Below are positions 33,401 to 44,254 of a DNA stretch of 64,000 bases, in pieces. Within the stretch, counting starts at the first letter, position 1; each line of letters begins with the position of its first letter. The stretch is taken from positions 310,001 to 374,000 of the forward strand of contig JAPMXV010000003.1 in assembly GCA_026936335.1 (NCBI GenBank), given 5' to 3'. The DNA is from Mantamonas sphyraenae STR306. Lineage: Eukaryota; Protista; CRuMs. Below the pieces are notes generated by a model that was not told the origin of the DNA, made no database searches, and was given only the letters and a program-made list of their open reading frames with translations. A program made the translations under genes and the position numbers.

Positions 33401-36286
33401 AAGTGCTCCAGCTTCCCCAGCTTCGCCATTGCCTGTCTGGGCAGTACCCTGATTCCTGATCGAGTGAGGTCCAGCACGAGCAGATGCTCCCACTGGCCAA
33501 TCTCCTCAGGAAGCTCACTCACCACTTCCTCACCCTCTGCGACAAGACAGAGAGCATGTTTGTCAACACAGTGCAAGCTAGCCAGCTGCTCTGCCAGATC
33601 TTGGGTTGATGTGAACGACACGAGGCCAACTCGCTCGGCCCAAGCACCCAGCATGGCCTTGTGTGTGTGTGGATGTCTTTCAGCAGCGATGGTGAACGCC
33701 ACCACGCTCGGGAAAGGATCATCTCCAACGAAGGCGCCACCAGCAATGAGAACTCTTGCTGTCTCTGTGTGCCCGTTTTGTGCTGCAATGTGCAACGGTG
33801 TCCGTCCGTTCTCCGTTGCCTTGTCCACGTCTGCTCCCCTGTCCAGCAGCATCGTCGCCGTTTCTGTGTGCCCGTTCTCTGCTGCACCGTGCAACGGTGT
33901 CCATTCGTTCTCCGTTGCCTTGTCCACGTCTGCTCCCCTGTCCAGCAGCATCGTCGCCGTTTCTGTGTGCCCGTTCTCTGCTGCACCGTGCAACGGTGTC
34001 CATCCGTTCTCCGTTGCCTTGTCCACGTCTGCTCCCCTGTCCAGCAGCATCGTCGCCGTTTCTGTGTGCCCGATCTCTGCTGCACCGTGCAACGGTGTCC
34101 ATCCGTTCTCCGTTGCCTTGTCCACGTCTGCTCCCCTGTCCAGCAGCATCGTCGCCGTTTCTGTGTGCCCGTTCTCTGCTGCACCGTGCAACGGTGTCCA
34201 TCCGTTCTCCGTTGCCTTGTCCACGTCTGCTCCCCTGTCCAGCAGCATCGTCGCCGTTTCTGTGTGCCCGATCTCTGCTGCACCGTGCAACGGTGTCCAT
34301 CCGTTCTCCGATGCCTTGTCCACGTCTGCTCCCTTCTCCAGCAGCATCGTCACAATCTCTGTGTGCCCGTTCTCTGCTGCACCGTGCAACGGTGTCCATC
34401 CGTTCTTCTGCGCCTTGTCCAACTCTGCTCCCTTCTCCAGCAGCATCGACACAATCTCTGTGTGCCCGTTCTTTGCTGCAATGTACAACGGTGTCCGTCC
34501 GTCCCTCTCCGCCTTGTCCACGTCTGCTCCCTTCTCCAGCAGCATCGTCACAATCTCTGTGTGCCCGTTCTCTGCTGCACCGTGCAACGGTGTCCATCCG
34601 TTCTTCTGCGCCTTGTCCAACTCTGCTCCCTTCTCCAGCAGCATCGTCACAATCTCTGTGTGCCCGTTCTTTGCTGCAATGTACAACGGTGTCCGTCCGT
34701 TCCTCTCCGCCTTGTCCACCCCTGCTTCCTTGTCCAGCAGCATCGACACAATCTCTGTGTGCCCGTTCTCTGCTGCAATGTACAACGGTGTCTGCCCGTA
34801 CTTGTCCGCCTTGTCCACCCCTGCTTCCTTGTCCAGCAGCATCGACACAATCTCTGTGTGCCCGTTCTCTGCTGCAATGTACAACGGTGTCTGCCCGTAC
34901 TTGTCCGCCTTGTCCACCCCTGCTTCCTTGTCCAGCAGCATCGACACAATCTCTGTGTGCCCGTTCTTTGCTGCAATGTACAACGGTGTCTGCCCGTACT
35001 TTGTCCGCCTTGTCCACCCCTGCTTCCTTGTCCAGCAGCATCGACACAATCTCTGTGTGCCCGTTCTTTGCTGCAATGTACAACGGTGTCTGCCCGTCCC
35101 TCTCCGCCTTGTCCAACCCTGCTTCCTTGTCCAGCAGCATCGACACAATCTCTGTGTGCCCGTTCTCTGCTGCAATGTACAACGGTGTCTGCCCGTACTT
35201 GTCCGCCTTGTCCACCCCTGCTTCCTTGTCCAGCAGCATCGACACAATCTCTGTGTGCCCGTTCTTTGCTGCAATGTACAACGGTGTCTGCCCGTCCCTC
35301 TCCGCCTTGTCCAACCCTGCTTCCTTGTCCAGCAGCATCATCACAATCTCTGTGTGCCCGTTCTTTGCTGCAATGTACAACGGTGTCCGTCCGTCCCTCT
35401 CCGCCTTGTCCACCCCTGCTTCCTTGTCCAGCAGCATCGACACAATCTCTGTGTGCCCGTTCTCTGCTGCAATGTACAACGGTGTCTGCCCGTACTTGTC
35501 CGCCTTGTCCACCCCTGCTTCCTTGTCCAGCAGCATCGACACAATCTCTGTGTGCCCGTTCTTTGCTGCAATGTACAACGGTGTCTGCCCGTACTTGTCC
35601 GCCTTGTCCACCCCTGCTTCCTTGTCCAGCAGCATCGACACAATCTCTGTGTGCCCGTTCTTTGCTGCAATGTACAACGGTGTCTGCCCGTACTTGTCCG
35701 CCTTGTCCAACCCTGCTCCCTTGTCCAGCAGCATCGACACAATCTCTGTGTGCCCGTTGTATGCTGCAACGTGCAACGGTGTCCACCCGTCCGCTTCCCC
35801 TTTGTTCACCTCTGCGCCCTTCTCCAGAAGCATCGTCGCCGTTTCTGTGTGCCCGCTGTCTGCTGCAAAGTGCAACGGCGTGGCTTCGTCCTCGTCTGCC
35901 TTGTTCACCTCTGCTCCCTTGTCCAGCAGCATCGACACAATCTCTGTGTGCCCGTTGTATGCTGCAACGTGCAACGGTGTCCACCCGTCCGACCCCCCTT
36001 TGTTCACCTCTGCGCGCTTCTCCAGAAGCATCGTCGCCGTTTCTGTGTGCCCGTTGTACGCTGCAATGTACAACGGTGTCCGTCCGTACTTGTCCGCTTT
36101 AACCACCTCTGCTCCCTTCTCCAACAGCACCTCCACCGTGTCTGTGTGCCCCTCCCGTGCTGCAAGAAACAGCGCAGTCCTCCCATCTCCATCTTGCATC
36201 CCAACATCCACCCCCTCATCCACCAACCTCTGCACCAACTCCACGTTGCCTGCTTCCGCGGCCTCTAAAAGCTCATTTCCGCTCAT
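30451..36286 (-). CDS. Ankyrin-LRR-Roc-COR-coiled coil-CHAT ROCO protein with one +1 frameshift at ~35001 (sequencing error or inactivation)
   Basis: About 26 ankyrin repeats; LRRs (LPEEIGQWEHLLVLDLTRSGIRVLP); Roc motifs GHGGQGKTT, T, DYGGQ, THAD; COR VVLDPVWL; CHAT VVHLCTH...LIVLNGCNS. ORFs 33719..36289 and 30451..35274 join by removing one T at 35000-35002. Confidence 0.85.
33740..36200 (-). repeat. Tandem array of about 25 near-identical 99-bp ankyrin-coding units
   Basis: The core TCTGTGTGCCCG...CAACGGTGTC recurs every 99 bp, and several units are identical. Confidence 0.97.
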
Positions 36287-36488
36287 CACGAGAAACCCTC
36301 TCGACCTCTTTGCCCTGACGTGTCAGCACCCCATCCCCGACCACCCTCACCACCACCCACCACAACCCTCCAAGAGCCTTCAACCTCCCACTCACCCTGT
36401 TCAATTGCATCTGTGGCCGCAACACGGCACCAACAAGTTTCGCCTCCCTCCCCAGCCTCTCTCCACCCCCTCCAACCAACTCCTCTAG

Positions 36489-36622
36489 TTTACTCGCCAA
36501 TGACACCAAGGTACCTCCCAAGCCAGTACGACACCAGCTATCCGTTGGGCTCGTACTCTGCGTGTCCGCTGCCGCAATCCACCTGGAACGGGTCGCCATT
36601 CCATCGGAACACGCACAGATCG
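36489..36622 (-). pseudogene. Duplicated 3'-end fragment of the 58341-60566 gene, with a TGG>TAG stop
   Basis: Encodes FRWNGDPFQVDCGSGHAEYEPNG*LVSYWLGRYLGVIGE*. Confidence 0.9.
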
Positions 36623-36788
36623 CGTCCTCATCCCCATACCCATGGCTCCACCATATACTGTCCACTCCCATCGTGAGTGGTGCACGTGCGACCAGCATCT
36701 CCTCCTCTGACCCCTTCTTCCTTCCCAAGACCCATTCCCCCTCCCCCTCCCACACCACCATCAACCATGGGACACAAAGCTGAGCTCT

Positions 36789-38139
36789 TTAATCGTCCTT
36801 CTTGGATCCACCACCACGCAGACGACCCGTGCGGCGGGCTGCAATCAGACCCACCTTGCGACCGTGCGGCGTGTCACGACGCACCGTCGAAGCATGACCA
36901 ATATGCTGATGGTTACCACCACCATGCGGATGCTCCACCGGGTTCATCGCCACACCACGCACATGCGGCCAGCTGTTGCGCTTCACACGGTACTTGTGGT
37001 ACGCGCGGCCTGCCTTCAGCATCGGCTTGTCCATGCGGCCACCGCCTGCAACAATGCCAATCATCGCACGGCAGTTCGAGTTCACCGTCTTCTTGCTGCC
37101 CGACGGCAGCTTCACACGCGTCGTACCGTTCTCCTTGTGCGAAATAATCGTCGCGTAGTTGCCCGACGCACGTGCGTACTTGCCACGGTCTCCCGGCAGT
37201 GCCTCCACATTGCAGATGATCGTACCCTCGGGGCACGACGACAGCGGCACAATGTTGCCGATCGACAGCGTCGCCTTCTTGCCTGCGTAGATGAACTGGC
37301 CAGTCGAGATGCCCTCCGCAGCAATAAACAGCTCCTTGTCCACCTTGTAGCGGTACGGGTTCTTGAAGTGCACGCGGATCAGAGGTGCTCCACGTCCCGG
37401 GTCGTGCTCCACAGAGCGAACCACTCCCTTCAGGAAGCCGCGGCGCTCACCGTAGTCCAGACGGCGGTGCTTGGCCGCGCCCAGGCGGTGGTGCGTGTGC
37501 GATCTGAACACAGATCCATAACCTTTGCGCTGACCTGTGTGTCGTCGAGTGCAGTGCCGCCGTGGATGTGTGTCAGACTCGTCCGCCTGCGTGTCTGCGT
37601 GCCGATTCTTTCCCGCCCTCTGCGTATTTGCATGCACCTCCACGCTCCACCCACAAAACCGCCCCTCCCACACATGGCTGTGTCGGTCTGGGTGGCGCTG
37701 GACATGACACACGCTGCAGTGTATGCTGGTGTGTCCTGTGTCGCAGTGACCATGATCGTATGTGTCTGCCTGCGTCCCAGTCCCTCGCAACCTGCGCTTG
37801 CAGGAGGGGCTTGAAAAAATGCACGCCGTCCCGCTCACGCTCCGGCCGAGGCACAGGCACAGGGGAAGCAGACAGACACGTGGGACGCACGTGACGCATG
37901 CGCACAGGGTGTTCCATGCGCTGGGTACGTGTGTGTCTGCCGTGTCGTGTCTGCCTCGTCCTGTGTGCGCGTGGCAAGGCGTGCGTTTGTCTCGGCCGAG
38001 GCGACGCGGATCTTGCACAGGCGCCAGCGCGCGGGAGACGCATGGAAACGGGTGGGACGAGGTGTGGACGTGTGGGGTGGGGTGGAGGCATGCAGGGGAA
38101 GGTGGTGTGTGCTCACGTACCTCGGATAGTCTTTCCCAT
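36789..38139 (-). CDS. RPL8: 60S ribosomal protein uL2/L8, copy 1 (exons 38139-38121, 37534-36789)
   Basis: [39 protein letters not shown]; 586-bp intron. Confidence 0.98.
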
Positions 38140-38299
38140 GGTTTGTTGTGTTGCTGGGGGTCGGGCGCACGGGCCATGGGGGTGCATGAGCTCACTCAGT
38201 CCTCCCAGACGTTTCTCCAAGGTGTCCCGTGTGACAGGCGAGACCTCTCCCGTCTTGGGTGGATGCATGCATGCGCGCCCATGGAACCAAACACGGACA

Positions 38300-40126
38300 A
38301 TGTCGGAAGGCCTTGACGCCATCCTGCGCTGCTGCATCTGCTTGTCGCGCGTGTCGCACGCAGTGATGTGTCCAAAGTGCAGCCAGATTGCGTGTCGGGA
38401 CTGCATTGCGGTAGGTGGTGGGGCGTGTGGCGGCGGCGTTCTCGGGAGACAGGAAACTCACAGCCGGATCTCCACAGCCGTGGGTTGTTCAGCGCAACGC
38501 GTGTCCTCAGTGTCGCACAACACTGGAGTTGACCGATCTGGTCAAGGCGAGGCACCTTGACGAGCTCATGCAGGTGAGCAGGGAAAGCGGGAGCGCGCGT
38601 CGTCCGTTGCCACAAATCCGGCACCCGCGCATGGCTGACACAGACTCGTGGACACACAGCAAATCCAAGCCCTGGAGGAAAGACAGCTGGAACAAGCCAG
38701 CAAGGCAGCTTCGGCGTCTCCGTCTGATCCGTGCTCAGTGCACGAGTCGATGGCGCTGACGTACCATTGTTCGACCTGCGACACGGCCGTGTGCTCCGAC
38801 TGCGCCATGTTTGGCGAACACCAGGGTCACTCGTTTGAACATCTGAGCGATGTCTACCAGCAGGCAGTGGAACGTGTGCATGCGTCGTCGTCGGTGCTGC
38901 AGGACCGCGTCAAGACAGCGATGGGTCGGCTGTCCGAAGTCAACCAGACGGTGGAGACTCTTTCACGCAGCAAGGACGTGTGCGCCACAGAGATGAAGCT
39001 GGCGGTGGAAGTGATGCTGCGCAACCTCGACGACCAGCTCAAGGGCAAGTTGCTGCCGCTGGTGGAGCTCAAGGCAAACATCACTGGCCAGGTCGAGGAG
39101 ATCGACCAACTGCTCGAGAGCACGCACGAGACTGTGTCCAATGCCACGCGCAGTGAGTTTGTGACCCGTTCCAGGCGCATCCTGAGCGAGATCGAACACT
39201 GTGCACGCCAGGACATCGAGTCGCTGCCACCGGTGGACAAGGCGTTTGTGAACGAGATCACCCCGGGATATGAACTGGGCGAGATGCGCATTGCCAACTA
39301 CGCACAGGTGCGCCAGCAGCAGGAAATCATGTACAGCGGGGTCCTGGCGGCCAGTGCAGGGTTGCGCTGGCGTCTCAAGGTGTACCCGGATGGCAATGGA
39401 GTCGCCAAGGGCAATTTCATCTCTGTGTTTCTCGAGCTCTGTGGCGCGCCGCACCGCGAAGCACAGCGCTTCGACTACCAGCTGGAGGTGCTTCATGCCA
39501 CAGATGAGCGACTGAACATTTCGCGCGCGTTCTCTAGCGTGTTTATCCACGGGGAGTGCTGGGGGTACAATCGCTTCTTCAAGATTGCCAATCTGCTGGA
39601 GGACGGCTATCTGCACGGCGACGGCGAACTTGTGCTGCGGTTTTCAGTGCGTCCACCGACGTACCATGACGCAAGCGTGTTGCAGGATGCATACATCAAG
39701 TTTCTGGAGGAGGATCGGAAGACGCAGCATGAACTCGTCGAACGATTGAATCATCTGGTGGACAAGATGACAGAGAGCAGCCCAGAACTGTCGTCGACCC
39801 TCGACGCGCTCATGGCGAGCACTGTGGACGCGGTGGAGGTCGTGGAGGTGGCTGGCGAAGACACGGGGGACAAGGTAGAGGAAGTGGACGTCGAGGACGA
39901 AGGCGAAGGGGAAGAGGAGGATGACGAGGACGAGGATGAAGAAGAGGATGACGAGGACGAGGATGGAGGGGAGGATGCGGACGATGAGAAGGATAGCAAG
40001 GACAGCACGGGAGAATTGTCAGAGACAACGTCGTCGGGCGAAAGCGTCGGGAAGCAGCCACAGCTGTTGTTTCCGATGGAGGCAGTGGCCATGTCTGGTC
40101 TGGATGACACAGACGACTCCAATTGA
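38300..40126 (+). CDS. TRIM37: TRIM37-like E3 ligase: RING, B-box, coiled coil, MATH, acidic tail (exons 38300-38410, 38478-38573, 38660-40126)
   Basis: CCIC..CPKCS..C.DCI..CPQCR; [25 protein letters not shown]; [11 protein letters not shown]...[10 protein letters not shown]...VRPPTY. Confidence 0.93.
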
Positions 40127-40190
40127 AATGTACAGTGAGCTCATGCACCCCCATGGCCCGTGCGCCCGACCCCCAGCAACACAACAAACC

Positions 40191-41541
40191 ATGGGAAAGA
40201 CTATCCGAGGTACGTGAGCACACACCACCTTCTCCTGCATGCCTCCACTCCACCCCACACGTCCACACCTCGTCCCACCCGTTTCCATGCGTCTCCCGCG
40301 CGCTGGCGCCTGTGCAAGATCCGCGTCGCCTCGGCCGAGACAAACGCACACCTTGCCACGCGCACACAGGACGAGGCAGACACGACACGGCAGACACACA
40401 CGTACCCAGCGCATGGAACACCCTGTGCGCATCCGTCACGTGCGTCCCACGTGTCTGTCTGCTTCCCCTGTGCCTGTGCCTCGGTCGGAGCGTGAGCGGG
40501 ACGGCGTGCATTTTTTCAAGCCCCTCCTGCAAGCGCAGGTTGCGAGGGACTGGGACGCAAGCAGACACACACGGACATGGTCGTTGCGACACAGGACACA
40601 CCAGCATACACTGCAGCGTGTGTCATGTCCAGCGACGCCCAGGCCGACACAGCCATGTGTGGGAGGGGCGGTTTTGTGGGTGGAGCGTGGAGGTGCATGC
40701 AAATACGCAGAGGGCGGGAAAGAATCGGCACGCAGACACGCACACGCACGAGTCTGACACACATCCACGGCGGCACTGCACTCGACGACACACAGGTCAG
40801 CGCAAAGGTTATGGATCTGTGTTCAGATCGCACACGCACCACCGCCTGGGCGCGGCCAAGCACCGCCGCCTGGACTACGGTGAGCGCCGCGGCTTCCTGA
40901 AGGGAGTGGTTCGCTCTGTGGAGCACGACCCGGGACGCGGAGCACCTCTGATCCGCGTGCACTTCAAGAACCCGTACCGCTACAAGGTGGACAAGGAGCT
41001 GTTTATTGCTGCGGAGGGCATCTCGACTGGCCAGTTCATCTACGCAGGCAAGAAGGCGACGCTGTCGATCGGCAACATTGTGCCGCTGTCGTCGTGCCCC
41101 GAGGGTACGATCATCTGCAATGTGGAGGCACTGCCGGGAGACCGTGGCAAGTACGCACGTGCGTCGGGCAACTACGCGACGATTATTTCGCACAAGGAGA
41201 ACGGTACGACGCGTGTGAAGCTGCCGTCGGGCAGCAAGAAGACGGTGAACTCGAACTGCCGTGCGATGATTGGCATTGTTGCAGGCGGTGGCCGCATGGA
41301 CAAGCCGATGCTGAAGGCAGGCCGCGCGTACCACAAGTACCGTGTGAAGCGCAACAGCTGGCCGCATGTGCGTGGTGTGGCGATGAACCCGGTGGAGCAT
41401 CCGCATGGTGGTGGTAACCATCAGCATATTGGTCATGCTTCGACGGTGCGTCGTGACACGCCGCACGGTCGCAAGGTGGGACTGATTGCAGCCCGCCGCA
41501 CGGGTCGTCTGCGTGGTGGTGGATCCAAGAAGGACGATTAA
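40191..41541 (+). CDS. RPL8: 60S ribosomal protein uL2/L8, copy 2 (exons 40191-40209, 40796-41541)
   Basis: Protein identical to copy 1. Confidence 0.98.
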
Positions 41542-41709
41542 AGAGCTCAGCTTTGTGTCCCATGGTTGATGGTGATGTGGGAGGGAGGGGGGATTGGTCT
41601 TGGGGAAGGAAGAACGGTCTGGAGGAGGAGATGATGGTCGCACGTGCACCACTCACCATAGGGAGTGGACAGCGTGTGGCCAGAACCATGGGTATGGGGA
41701 TGCGAACGC

Positions 41710-41843
41710 GATCTGTGCATGTTCCGATGGACAAAGGCGACCCGTTCCAGGTGGATTGCGGCAGCGGACACGCAGAGTACGAGCCCAACGGATGGCTGGT
41801 GTCGTACTGGCTTGGGAGGTACCTTGGTGTCATTGGCGAGTAA
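41710..41843 (+). pseudogene. Second duplicated 3'-end fragment of the 58341-60566 gene, frameshifted (GGACAAAGGC vs GGAATGGC)
   Basis: Encodes GDPFQVDCGSGHAEYEPNGWLVSYWLGRYLGVIGE*. Confidence 0.9.
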
Positions 41844-42150
41844 ACCAGACGTGTTCACCCTCCTATCATGAACATGATCCCAACTCCACCATCCATCCAC
41901 CCATCCTTGCCATCCTTCCCACCTTCTTCCACCTTCTTCCCCACCCCCCCCACACCCACCGCATCCACCCATCCACCGAATTCCCACCCTCCATTCCATT
42001 CTTCCAATCGGCCTCCGCCCCAACTCCGACTCCCCGCTCTTTCGCTCTTTCGCACTTTCGTGCTCCGCCGAATTCAGCGTTCCCGCCCTGAAAAGCGCCC
42101 GCTCGCCGATAGCGCCCACAGCACCAGGAAAACACACACACACACACAAA

Positions 42151-43470
<1,320 letters not shown>

Positions 43471-43579
43471 TCTGTTGATCTTTCCCCCCCCCAAAAGAAA
43501 TGAAAAACGCAAACGTCGCTATCAACACAACCCCTACCCCAATCCAACCCAACCCAACCCCCCCCCCACCCTCCAGTCC

Positions 43580-44218
43580 ATGTCGTGGCAAGACACAAGC
43601 AACACGTCGCTGGGCTATGGCGGCCTGAGCGACAACGACACGTCGACAAGCTCGTTCTCCATGTTCCGTGCCGACACGAGCACACGGCTGAACAGCTCTG
43701 TGAGCAGCTTTGCCAACACATCCTTCAACACAAACCACCGTGGCGGCGGCGTCTCCACGTCCTCCTCATCCATCGACGTGGAAGCGATTGGCGAACGGCT
43801 CAAGGCGAGCACCGCGTACCTGGAAAACAGCGGCAGCACACGCCTGTACGACGTCAGCAGCAGTGGCGGATCGGCTGATTTGTCGTCCAAACGATACAGC
43901 AGCGGTGGCAGCAGCACGCTGAGCGGCACTCCGAGCGCTTCCAAGGGCAGCCGGACTTTTGGCGCCAAACCGCCCAAGCGCGCCTGGGATACCAGCAGCG
44001 GCTCCATCAACACCTCCTCCGCCTCTGTCACCAGCCATTCCACACACACGCTGAGCACAAACCAGACTGTGCACCGCATGACTGCCCTAGTCGACGCCGA
44101 CGCCGACTCGCGCGTCTGCAAAGCCATCTACGACCTCCTCGCCCTCGACGTCCAGCCAGACGTCATTGTACAAATGCTCGAGGCGATGAAGAAGCAGGCG
44201 GAGGCAAAGAGCCATTGA
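43580..44218 (+). CDS. MZT2: MOZART2-like gamma-TuRC-associated protein with a Ser-rich N-terminal extension
   Basis: C-terminal DSRVCKAIYDLLALDVQPDVIVQMLEAM resembles the MZT2 core DPDVFKILVDLLKLNVAPLAVFQMLKSM (recalled from memory). Confidence 0.65.
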   Translation: MSWQDTSNTSLGYGGLSDNDTSTSSFSMFRADTSTRLNSSVSSFANTSFNTNHRGGGVSTSSSSIDVEAIGERLKASTAYLENSGSTRLYDVSSSGGSADLSSKRYSSGGSSTLSGTPSASKGSRTFGAKPPKRAWDTSSGSINTSSASVTSHSTHTLSTNQTVHRMTALVDADADSRVCKAIYDLLALDVQPDVIVQMLEAMKKQAEAKSH

Positions 44219-44254
44219 AGAAAACAAAGTGTCCATTGATCCCCACGCACTCAC

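Larger units (their letters stand above)
36484..38196 (-). repeat. Inverted repeat IR1, left arm (RPL8 gene, 3' spacer and 135-bp gene-tail fragment); partner 40134-41849
   Basis: Reverse complement matches 40134-41849 from AGTGAGCTCATGCACCC to GAGTAAAC(C/T)AGA. Confidence 0.95.
40134..41849 (+). repeat. Inverted repeat IR1, right arm
   Basis: Inverted copy of 36484-38196; CDS and intron are nearly identical, the 3' spacer is more diverged. Confidence 0.95.

Noticed and set aside
33740-36200. CRISPR-like appearance of the regularly spaced repeats
   Set aside because: The period is 33 codons, the variable parts are homologous to each other rather than unique spacers, there are no cas genes, and the context is eukaryotic.
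33128-36488. Very long + strand and alternative-frame ORFs (813-1046 aa, Cys-rich repeats) over the ankyrin array
   Set aside because: These are shadows of a stop-free 99-bp repeat; only the minus-strand ankyrin frame gives a recognisable protein.
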